From Octopus bimaculoides (taxonomy: Eukaryota): a stretch of 64,000 nucleotides of DNA. This document shows, in pieces, positions 53,100-64,000 of this stretch. The notes beneath the pieces are model-generated. The model was not told where the DNA came from and did no database searches. It saw nothing but the letters and a program-made list of their open reading frames with translations. Both the position numbers and the translations under genes were made by a program. The stretch covers positions 8,954,366 through 9,018,365 of the forward strand of contig NC_068994.1 in the NCBI RefSeq assembly GCF_001194135.2, written 5' to 3'. Position 1 is the first letter of the stretch. The number at the start of each line of letters is the position of its first letter.

Positions 53100-53620
53100 T
53101 AGATGAACAGATTGCACTACATCATTCATTGGTAGTCCAAAGAAGGCTATTATCAGGGTTATTAGATAGTTGTAGATATCAAGAAAATTACGGAATTTGT
53201 GTCGAATCGATAAAGAAGGATTTGTAAGTTTTGCTATAACTCATCATTCTACCTCTCACGAATAACGGACTTTCTAATAAACTTCTCAAACAAGTTCCTG
53301 TCTTTCTGGAAAATATATGTCACGTTGCAGAATTAAGAATGATGGAGATGATGTTTCGAAATTAAAATATAGGGTAGTCACGTCTCGGAAGTCCATTGGT
53401 TAACGATCTACCCGTCGTAGTCCAACATGAATCGGAGCAACAAGGAAATCTAGTTTATGCAGAGCAGGATTTCACAAAACCGTCGTCGATGCTTATTACT
53501 TCAAAATTAATATCAATAACTCCATTATACGGGTGATTCTTATTCATTGAGGCAGTAGCTTCATATAGGAAGATCTCCCTTTCAGTTTTGAGATATCTGC
53601 TGTCAGTACAACTGCTTAAG
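53100..53620 (-). mobile_element. Possible very old R4/Dong-like RT remnant
   Basis: Minus frame CWTTTGRSLTNGLPRRDYPIF*FRNIISIIL resembles PxWLTTGRTxLxPK...NYRPITCL..YKxxTSII. Weak. Confidence 0.3.
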
Positions 53621-54004
53621 GATGTAAACATGTGTATTATATAATCAATAGTATTTTATTGATGCAGGCTTAATAAGGCCTGTCCAGGTCAGATGGATTG
53701 TAAACACAGGTTATTAAAGGATTTAAGGGACATTATGAATTAGAGATAATAATTAATTATCATAATCATTTGTAGGTATTATAACAGTTCTTGTAATATA
53801 TTTGGTTGTGATGGTCACTTTTGGTGACGTGTTTTTAATATATTCTGGTTCTGACTCGACTTTAAGGTTAACCCTGAAATATTGTCATTGCTCAACTTAT
53901 TAAATTATTCACACACAAATACACACGCGCACACACATATATATACGATTGTATATATGTGTTTGAGCATTTGTGTATGTACGTTTGTGCTTGTGTGTGT
54001 GTGT

Positions 54005-54214
54005 GAAATACAGGTGCAACAAAAACTGGAAGAAACAGTCGGAGAAACTTGTGGTGAAGGAGTACAGCGGGGTTCGCTACAACCCTCTTCCAGTGTCTCG
54101 TGGAGCTTTAGGTGTATTCGCTCAAAAAACACTCACAACGCCCAGTCTGGGAATTGAAACCGCGATCCTACCACAGCCTGTCCGCTGCCCAAACCAATGC
54201 GCCATTGCGCTTCC
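54005..54214 (-). mobile_element. SINE type D
   Basis: gagctttaggtgtattcgctcaaaaaacactcacaacgcccagtctgggaattgaaaccgcgatcc...gccattgcgcttcc is the reverse complement of the head at 59911. Confidence 0.88.
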
Positions 54215-54269
54215 GCTCCCTTAGATATAGATATACAGTTCGATAAATATAGGTAACGAAACGGACGTT

Positions 54270-54330
54270 TATTCCTTATTATGTTACTGGTTTCAGTCAT
54301 TTGACTGGGGCCATGCTGGAGCACCGCCTT
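54270..54330 (-). mobile_element. SINE type B tail fragment
   Basis: tttcagtcatttgactggggccatgctggagcaccgcctt. Confidence 0.8.
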
Positions 54331-54865
54331 TTATTCATAAATATGTACGATATATTTATGCATGGCGTATATAGGAGTGCATACAAAAGGTTATGCTTGT
54401 GTATATTGATAATTTAGTGCATATTTCTGTACATTTATGCAAACATGCTTTATTCCTCACTCTGATTTATAAACAACATGTAGGTACATGGACAACTATA
54501 TATATTATGTCTTCAATATACGGATATAGGAGGGGGTACTATTGTGAATATCGATATTATTTGTGTTCACCGTGAATATGGATATTATGTCGCCAATATA
54601 ATTGTGGATAAATTCAGAGCTCGGTCGAAATTTGTTATGTATGCATATATGCATTATATACGTACGCATTGTGTATGTATACATATAAAATTCGTATATA
54701 CATTTAAACATAGAGTTACATACACATATACTCATTCACACACATATTGCTTCTATTTAGGTTGTGTATATATATATGTGTGTGTACTTTTTATGTGTTT
54801 GTTTTCCAACATATTTGATGTGGAATCGTATGTTGAAACAGATACAACAATATTCACGTACATAT

Positions 54866-54871
54866 GTACAC

Positions 54872-54969
<98 letters not shown>

Positions 54970-54975
54970 ACAAAC

Positions 54976-55010
<35 letters not shown>

Positions 55011-55012
55011 CC
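54866..55012. repeat. (CA)n/(TA)n microsatellite
   Basis: Direct reading. Confidence 0.97.
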
Positions 55013-57595
55013 TTTATATGTGAATATATATATACATACATGTGCCTATAAATATGAATATATACATATAGCTGCACACACGTACATACACTCAAAGACA
55101 CACACACACGTACACACATACATGCGCATATGTGCATAGTGTGTATTTGTGCATTCGAAAGCCTTTCAATTTTGGTGTTCGATTTAACTGTGTATGCAGA
55201 TCTACAGGATGGCTCGCAACTTTACACGTACGAATATTAGGTTGTTTTCGTTTGCGTAAATGTAAATTAATATTCATTTTGCCTTCTTTCAAACCATGTC
55301 ATGATTTAAATTACATTTAATTACAATTTACATTTCACCTACTTATTTTCGACAGCATTTTGATTTGGCTAATGGCCTCAATTTAAATTTTGTGTCAGTG
55401 TTGAGTAACTTGGCGTAGAAGAAGGAATTTTTAAATATAACAAATTATGCATGTTCGCTTGCTGTAATTTCTATTTTCTTATAGGAAAACTATAAAACTG
55501 AAGAAAACACATGCGGTGTGTTACGCCCGCACATACGTGCATGCATATAATTCATGCAGTAGAAATCAGACACATGTGTAGTCATACACGAAGACTTTCT
55601 AGTACACAGTAACAACATTACACGCATATAGCAAGCAATATACCAATATATATATAAGTGTATGTGTGTTGGGAGGCGTTCCTGTACGTGTGTATGCCTG
55701 CTTATATACACACACATACATATGTAAGTGTATATATGTAGTCATCTATACATGTGTATATTTATGTATTGATTGGTAATGTATGTATACTCATGTGATA
55801 GAAATCAGAAATCTACGTCGCTAAAAGTACAAAACCACATTTTCTTCTTCAAATCTACACTGTTCAAAATGACACGAATCATTATTTTACGAAGGGGACT
55901 GAAATTTAATGATGCACTTCGATTTTGCGTTCAATCGCGATGTACTTTTAGTGAATTTTAACTAGAATTTAAAATGGAACCACCCAGAATGCGCTTATAA
56001 GCATGATGATTCTTTTCCATTGATTAGCCACTGCATCTCCAACTAGCTGTGTAATGTATTATATGATTAAAGTAAAATCGACTAATACGTAGGGAAATAA
56101 ACATTAAATGCTTATTTGACTTATTTGTTAATTATTTTAGCACCAGATCAGAGACGTTTGTAATTTTCTGAAGCTTTTCACAGTTAAAAGACACATTCTT
56201 ATTACTAAAATTCAATCTAACCTTACTTATTACGTGTGGAAGAGTTTGTTGGAATGATTTTACATTCGTTGGTTATGATGGTAAAACCATTAATAATGCT
56301 GGTTAAAAAATAAAACCGTAGTCATGGGGTTAAAATGTAGAATGGGGTGCAAGGTAATGTATTTCTTGGATCACGATTTCTCAAAGCCCAAAACAAGATA
56401 GGTGTAGTTTGAATGCATTTCTTTGTAATTATATATATATATTTTTAAAATCTGGGCTAACGTCGTTTTTCAAATAAGGATGACAACATTCGCAGCACGA
56501 TCAATACTGCAAACAGTAAAAACATAAGAAAAAATACCCCAATAAGGAAAACAAAGTGAGCGAAATGATAAGATCGATGGAGAGTTGAGCACATTGCTTC
56601 ACACAGTGTTTGTACTGTTGCAGTCTTAGTTCAAATACCTCCAGGGCTCACTTTACCATTCTGATTATCGGAACTATAGGTATGTTAAAACATATCTGTT
56701 AAAATTGAGTCCAAATCTTTTTTAGAATTACACTTCACTACTTAAAAATAAACACAAAAAATACATTGTAAAATAAACGCAGTCTTGAATGCGTTGAAAA
56801 AAGTGGAAGGTCCGTGTTGGAGCGTCTTCCATAATCGATCAGTACAGTTAGGGTTGGCCTTTCAGCAAAATAAGGTCAACATCAAGATAGAAGTTATCAA
56901 TAACAGGAAGAATTTGCTACTAATAATGGCCATATTTCTTTTAGATCATACTGCGCTACTTTAAAAGGGAAAGGAACAAGCATTATATTATATTATATTA
57001 TACTGGACGAGATTGACGATAAAAACGAACAGGCGTTTATGATCGCTATTCCTTTGATCGTTGTCCTTTCTTGAACGAGGCGGTCTTGAAGCACAACACC
57101 GAGTGAAGCTACAGCAATAACAACAACAAAAGCAACAACAAAAACAACAAAAATACCAGTCGCTACAATATCGCCACCTCACCACCTAATCATCAACATC
57201 AATAACAACAATTTTAAATGCTAGGCATTCAACGACATGTGAACGGTGAATATCACTTTACTCGTTTTGCTTTCATATATGAAATTCACGTTAATTGTAG
57301 AATCACGCCGCTATTAGCATATAATTGAGTATGTTAAATACGGAGTGTAGATCACAAGATATAATTAATAACAGACTACTTTATCACGCATCTTTAGTTT
57401 TGGTGGGTGCATGGTTGGATGTAACCTTATTCTTAATTTCAACTAATTTGCCGCTTATATTAACAACAGATCAAAGAAAAGATCTGGTTATTATGTACAG
57501 ATATTCGTTTTGATAATGAGTAAACACTATGACATGATAGATAACTTTATGTATAGCCTATTTATGTTAGCCTTTTTGAATGTGTCTTACTCTGC

Positions 57596-57752
57596 GCGCG
57601 TAGCTGTCAGGTAAGTAGCTTGCTTAACAACCACATGGTCCCTGGTTGAGTCCCATTGTGTGGCACCTTGGGCAAGTGTCTTCTACTATAGCTTCGGATC
57701 GACCAATGCCTTTTGAGGGGATTTGACGGAAACTGAAAGAAGCCCGTCGTAT
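57596..57752 (+). mobile_element. SINE type B 5' half running into (TA)n and a gap
   Basis: aaccacatggtccctggttgagtcccattgtgtggcaccttgggcaagtgtcttctactatagc...gacggaaactgaaagaagcccgtcgtat. Confidence 0.9.
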
Positions 57753-57792
57753 GTATATACATGTATATATATTCATTGTGCTTATGTATGTG

Positions 57793-57837
<45 letters not shown>

Positions 57838-58949
57838 NNNNNNNNNNNNNNNNNNNNNNNNNNNNNNNNNNNNNNNNNNNNNNNNNNNNNNNNNNNNNNN
57901 NNNNNNNNNNNNNNNNNNNNNNNNNNNNNNNNNNNNNNNNNNNNNNNNNNNNNNNNNNNNNNNNNNNNNNNNNNNNNNNNNNNNNNNNNNNNNNNNNNNN
58001 NNNNNNNNNNNNNNNNNNNNNATTTAATAATGCTTAAAAACGAAATCCTTGTCGTAGTTTCATTCCCATCTACCGAGTGAATCAACTTCAATCTCTCTTT
58101 TCCACGCCTTACCTCCGTCTTTCTCTTTCTAATTCAATCATTTAATTATTATCTAACTCCCTAATTTCTCACTCCACATATCTCCCATTGACTTTTGTTT
58201 AAAATTACTAGCTAAACGGAACGACAAGATATTCTGTTCGCTGTAATCTCTCTCCAATGATGAAAGATGTCTTTGCGAATTATCCGTTAAGAGTCTGACT
58301 GTCAACCTACTTACTTGCCCACTTTTGCTAATCAATTTTCTCCATAGCTTGCTTAAAAGCGATGCTGATTGAAATATCGCCAATTCAAAATCAACATGTT
58401 ATATTGTGTGTGAAATGGCGTTATTTAAACATCATACACAGATGTTTACTACGCTAATTCAATAAAATGTATTCATTTTTACGTCAGCGAACAATTTCAA
58501 CCAAGTTAAGTCATGTACAGTGAAGCTTCAGTCATATTTGACCTAATCTACACGTTTCTAACGCCTTATTATTGATTCTCCGACTGCTAAAGTTACACCA
58601 TTTCGCAGATACAAACAATGAAGGTGATAAGAGCCTCGTTCAACTTGCTGCAATTAGGTGCTGAGTGAATAATATTCTCATCAGTGTAAATAGCAGAAAC
58701 ACGAGAATCGTGCGGTACGCTCACATTCAATCCAGTTTTTTGGAACGGGATTGGGGAAAAATGCTTTGCCAACATTACAAAAAGTGAAGACAGTGCATAA
58801 ATAATCACAAACAATAACTCACATATAAATACATTTGCCCACGTATAATCATGCTCACGCAAGCGTATTGACGTTTACAGTTGTGTACACAGATACATAT
58901 ATGCGCTAAGTTAGGAGGACACACAAACATCCTCCCCCCACACAAATAT

Positions 58950-59078
58950 AGGTCAATTGCCTCAAATCTCGCGCTCAAATGGTACTTATCGACCCCAAAG
59001 GTGGACCTAGGTGGGGTTTGAAGTCAGGAAGTAAAGACGGACGAAATACTGACAAGTATTTTGCCCGGCGTGCTAACT
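58950..59078 (-). mobile_element. SINE type A, internally deleted
   Basis: ggtacttatcgacccc...gtaaagacggacgaaatac...tttgcccggcgtgctaac. Confidence 0.7.
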
Positions 59079-59910
59079 TACTGAGGAAGAAACGTCTGTA
59101 ATGCATAGCTAGGTAACAAACATAGTATATTGTTATTTCATTCTATACTGTAAATATACGTCGGTAATAAAATATAAGTAATAAAATATAAATTATGTTT
59201 CTGTCCATTCTGAATATAAAATATAATGAATTGAAAAAAAAATAAAATACTGTGGAAAATAGCGAAACGTCAGCATTGTACAAGAGTATATATGAAGGAA
59301 ATATTCAATGCAAAGTTACGATTCCTATGTAATCACACATCTTTGCATTCATATTTAACAATGTAAGCACGTGGTTGAATAAAAGTATCAGTAATGGGTG
59401 ATGTTGAAGCTCCTGCAAAAATGCGACCATAACTATGACGATAAACACACACACATACACACACACGCACACGAACAGACGCACAAACACATGCACACAC
59501 ATGTATACACATAAACGGTGCGTATATACATGTGCGTGTCTATATGCGTGTGTGTATATATTTATGTACTTTATAAACATATCTACTTATGTATATTTAC
59601 GCGCGCACACACTCTCACATACAAACACACTTGTATATTCGCACCCACACATAAGCGGGACTTATATACTCTTTGTGTGTGTGTATTTATTTATTTATAT
59701 TCATGTATATCTACTTATGAGTATTTACACCCCACCATATATTCAATATATGACAGGCAGACAGACAGACATATATAAATAAAAATATAGATAGATAGAT
59801 AGATAGATAGATAGAAAAAATAGATATAAAGATATATAGATAGATAAATAGATATGCCTATGCACATATGTACATACCTATGTATGGCTACAATTATGTA
59901 CATTACGTGT

Positions 59911-60030
59911 GGAGGCGCAATGGCCCAGTGGTTAGGGCAGCGGACTCGTGGTTTCGATTCCCACATCGGGCTTTGTGAGTGTTTATTGAGCGAAAACACC
60001 TAAAGCTTCACAAGGCTCCGGCAGTGGGGG
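59911..60030 (+). mobile_element. SINE type D head with an internal deletion
   Basis: ggaggcgcaatggcccagtggttagggcagcggactcgtggtttcgattccc...gtgagtgtttattgagcgaaaacacctaaagc. Confidence 0.88.
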
Positions 60031-60049
60031 TGTATATATACAAACATAT

Positions 60050-60235
60050 ATTGTAGTCTTAGCTCGAGGGTGGCGGTCATGTTGGGGCAATGCCATCTGC
60101 ATTGCTAAATATTCAGTTAAGTCCCTCTGACGCGTGGCATTTGGTGAATGAGGGGGTTTGATATGCTGCCCCCATCTGCGTTTCTTGCTGCGAGGTAGGC
60201 TTAACTGGAATACTTGAAAGGAGGAACTCCTGTTT
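60050..60235 (-). mobile_element. GC-rich open frame, possibly the 5' part of a LINE ORF
   Basis: Stop-free minus frame NRSSSFQVFQLSLPRSKKRRWGQHIKPP...ALPQHDRHPRAKTT. The LINE assignment is only a recalled resemblance; no catalytic motif. Confidence 0.3.
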
Positions 60236-61117
60236 TATGTTAATGACACTACATCATGTTAATGACACTCAGGCTTTGAATTGGGGTGAAATTGAAGAGC
60301 TCTGGACACTTGAAGCCCTAGCTTTTGCAGTATCTGATCTCGTATTATGTATATATACTCCTGTGTGTTTGTATGTGTGGGTATGGATTAGAGATGGTGT
60401 ATTGATAATTGCGTACATCTCTGTCTACGCCTGTCTTTGTAGTATCTGTAGCGGACATGTCAAAGTCTGTGAAACAAGATTTCGATAAACAACGATCGAT
60501 GAAAGGAATACAGGAAAAGGATTATCTCGTGGATAATTGATCTATCGACCTGAAACACTACGGTATTCTCACAAGCTTTGACAGCTCTAGCCGATGGAGA
60601 ATATGACCTCCTAAATTTGCCCATGTAAGTAATCGATATGTAATCTATTTGATTTATCAGTAAACATACGATCACACACATACATCTTCTCTCCCGTAGA
60701 TATATGTGAGTATATATATATATATATATATNNNNNNNNNNNNNNNNNNNNNNNNNNNNNNNNNNNNNNNNNNNNNNNNNNNNNNNNNNNNNNNNNNNNN
60801 NNNNNNNNNNNNNNNNNNNNNNNNNNNNNNNNNNNNNNNNNNNNNNNNNNNNNNNNNNNNNTTTATTGAGATGGAGAAGTGTGGACTTTTCAGTATCGAA
60901 GTACGATAAACTGTAAAACAATTCTTTTTTATTTTTCACAGAAGGCGACAGGGTTTCGGGCTTTTGGAATAAGAATTTTTCATAGCAAGCGGAAGCTCAA
61001 AAGTGGTAAATATCCAAGCGAGGTGTATACCGCAGGCTACTTTTCTGGCGAAGGCTATCTTGATTAAATGAGACTTTACATTGTCGCAAGGAAATACATG
61101 TTAACAGAAAGAAGACT

Positions 61118-61173
<56 letters not shown>

Positions 61174-62107
61174 AGTGAGTGAGATAGACCGTGTGTGAAA
61201 GAGAGTGAGTCGTATCCTCGCGACCAAAGTCTTGCATACATACAAACATACATAATGCAAACATCCATCCATCCAACCATCCATTCATACATACATACAT
61301 ACATACATACGGCACCGTTCTGGATAGCTTTCTTTCGGTTGGTTATGATGTTACAATTTCCTAGCAGCAGACAAGAAGTAAACAACACTTGTTAACATAC
61401 GGTGTGTTTTGGGAAGTCGTTTGAGTAGTCCGAAGGTGATACAAGCTTCATAAAACGGTCTTTTGAAATAAAATTCATCGAATATCTTGCGTTTCTCTAA
61501 GTAAAGGAGTGCCAGCAAGGAAACACCAATACATTTGAGATCGCATATATTTTATTGAATTTTATATTTTATAAAGAGATTATTATTTTTATTATCATTA
61601 TTATATGGAGAACATCGTATTATATATAGAAAGTGTGGGCAGTATTGCCTCGCCTTTAGATATATGGTTTTCAAATGGAAAACGATTTATAAAACAGAAA
61701 ATATAACTGTCGACCTTTGCAATTAGGAATGTTTACGTAAACAATTTATAATTCCTCTGTTCTATGCTGTAGCCACAAAATTCATAAAAATACACCATGT
61801 CCATACCAACGTATAACTAAAAGATCAAATCGACAGACAAGTCAGTGATTTTACAAATACGAAAATAGTCAGACTGTAAACATATGCGCACGTATGCATA
61901 TATGCATGCATAAATATTTTTGTATTGACATCTCTCTAGCTAATGGAAAACTCTGATGTAACACCTGCGAATCCATTTACATCTAACCATGTAAAATAGT
62001 TCTCTTTTTTGAGCAAATACATTAGTCACTGGAGAGTAAAAGTGATCATATTCAAGGTCTTTCCCAACCTAAATAAACATAAAGTGCAGGTATGACCTGA
62101 TATTCAA

Positions 62108-62290
62108 TAATTATTCTGCGCGTTTATGTGTGAGCAGAGTATTGTAAGTACTCGTCTTTCTCTGTCTGTCTGTGTGTTTGCAAAATTACTGGAATACGGC
62201 TGAACGGATTTTCACCAAATTTAGCAGAAATAATCATTGCGTGAGTGGCTCGAAGTGATAAAAATTCCGTTTGATTATCTTGAAACATAC
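62108..62290 (+). mobile_element. Helentron/DINE-like non-autonomous element 5' part
   Basis: gagtattgtaa..(tctg)n..aaaattactggaatacggctgaacggattttcaccaaattt resembles the conserved CTGAACGGATTTTCACCAAA block of such elements (from recall). Confidence 0.5.
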
Positions 62291-63019
62291 ATCAATAAAT
62301 ACACTGATATGCAGCTGTGTGTGCGTGTGTGTGTGTGTGTATATGTTGTCACACAGTGACGGATTCCAGGGTTTCGTTTATGTACGAGCTGACTTTTTAA
62401 TTTCATCGGAGTATAAATAATGGTGATATTTAAAGAAAAAATAGAGAAATGAAAAAAAAATCGAGCTTACGAATTTCCCGATAAGCAAAATTAGACAAAA
62501 AATTACAAAGCTTAATTCAGTTCAATTTGAAAGCATGGATAAGCAACGTATTTTTAGCTACTGTATACTTTGCGAAAATTTTTATCTGTGCGCAGGGTAT
62601 GCATCGTCCCTCCGATTCCTTTTTTGTTTCATTATATTATGTCTTGCATAACAAGACTTAGGTTAGCAAGAAAGACCACTAACTCAATGAATTCCATGAT
62701 GGAATGAAAGGCTCAGTCATAGTGTGTAGTAAGGTGTATGACAACATGCTGCAAGAAACAACGGACGTTATCGCATCTATGCCAAATGTACACATCACTA
62801 GTATAAATGAAAGACCACATCCCAGTAGGTGTTGTTTAGCAGGAAAAGAAAACGATGGCATTGCTCTAAATGGGGTTACCGTCGTCATGTATATATTGCT
62901 ATGGGTACGTAGAGGTTCCTCAGTGTTTATGCTTCCTCGCTTGGCAAACGGTGTTGTTTTATTACATCCTCTAAATTAGATGGCAAACGGAATTCTCATC
63001 GATTGATGAAGGAGAACAA

Positions 63020-63775
63020 TCATTGTTTGCTTTTGACTCTGTCGACTACCCATGTAGTAGGGACAGTTGGGCACTGTCTGAAAGAAAAAAATACAATGTC
63101 GCAATTCACACCGTCAGAGATTTGGAAATGATATGCTGTACTGCTTGGCATTCGCACCAGAAGCTCCAATACGAACACTTCAGTCTCTTTGAGTGTCTAT
63201 CTGAGGATAGTGAAATCTGAGGGCAGTGTAGTCTAGGGACATGTACCAAGAGTGATAAAAATCATATATCCTGTCAATATCATGGTGTTTGGAGTCACCA
63301 CAAGTAACGACGGCGTTATGTCTACAATCGTCTTCTCACACTGCTGAAATTCAACATGGGGGCCTACTTAAATTGCCTGGAGGCGGTAGTAGTAGTACCA
63401 TGGGTGAACACGGCGGCTGCTGGAAGTCACTGTTTCGCAGCATACCAGAGAAGCAGCAGAATCCAGTCATGGCTGTCAGACAATTTGTGTGACCACATGA
63501 CCTCTTTCATCCAGCCACCTAACTCCCAAAGTCAGCAAACACCCTTCATTATTATGCGTGGTGCACATGAGCGAGAGACCAATAGGATTCCTTGTCACAC
63601 CAAAGATCAACTGAATGCAAAGATTATTGGAAGTATTCAGCAAGTTAAACACGGAGACAACGCAAACGAATTTCAGAGACCCTGGAGTCTGTGGTTGAAG
63701 CCAATGGCAATTCTATTGAATAAATTTACTTAGTATTTCAAGATATATTTTAGGTAATTTTGGTATATATACGTA
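63020..63775 (+). pseudogene. Decayed, internally deleted Tc1/mariner transposase
   Basis: ATG at 63096: MSQFTPSEIWK*YAVLLGIR...SVYLRIV (HTH-like); then HVPRVIK..PVNIMVFGVTTS; AYLNCLEAVV.PWV; QSWLSDN.CDH...PPNS...RETN..PC.TKDQL; ending VVEANGNSIE*. These are mariner-type catalytic-domain motifs with frameshifts. Confidence 0.88.
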
Positions 63776-64000
63776 CGAAGGATGAGAAATTATTAATTCC
63801 CTATACTTTTTCTCAAACTGTGAGATATAATTGATGTTCATCACTCTTACGTTGGTGCAATAACATCTCAAAACAATTGGGTGAAACATATAATAATGTG
63901 GTTTTGGAGAGATTATATCTGCAATTTAAAGTGGCATTGCAATCGCTGAAGTAGTTTTAATCAAAGTTTGCTCCCCAAAGTTTAATCAAAGTTTTGCTCT

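Noticed and set aside
53047-53223. Apparent plus-strand exon (AG...GTAAGT, 177 nt open, MSRECDDNTSNEVDEQ...)
   Set aside because: The acceptor is weak and the same frame continues with stops past the donor. The minus strand nearby resembles a decayed LINE RT, which better explains the composition. Not fully excluded.
59076-59100. ctgagga-a-gaaacgtc
   Set aside because: There is no room for stem II and stem I is out of register.
62704-62979. 91-aa non-repetitive ORF upstream of the mariner relic
   Set aside because: No recognisable motif or splice signals; an ORF this long can occur by chance in 64 kb.

Overview
AT-rich eukaryotic genomic DNA. About 5 kb is N, in 14 gaps, most of them flanked by (TA)n, (CA)n or (AG)n, as in a short-read assembly. 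The repeat content points to a cephalopod, probably Octopus; this is an inference from recalled repeat families, not a search result. I recognise no intact host gene: nearly all ORF-track entries are microsatellite or N-gap translations. The window is a mosaic of (i) dense microsatellites; (ii) four tRNA-headed SINE types, given working names A-D here; (iii) decayed R4/Dong-type, CR1-type and Penelope-type retroelement pieces; (iv) a decayed hAT transposase (BED finger, DDE-type core) at 48.8-50.3 kb and a decayed Tc1/mariner at 63.0-63.8 kb; and (v) Helitron-like pieces. The best lead is two minimal type-I hammerhead ribozyme folds on the minus strand. The one at 43600-43650 has a rare-looking compensatory G3-C8 core (GUGAACA instead of CUGANGA) and sits in a 142-bp element with inverted ends. 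The one at 47212-47251 is near canonical but has one extra base in the core. Other structural oddities are an 85-bp inverted copy flanked by 32-bp direct repeats, a mini-Helitron carrying a copy of nearby sequence, and a SINE-SINE-LINE nest with a perfect 15-bp target-site duplication (TSD). All family assignments were made by eye from motifs and need database confirmation.
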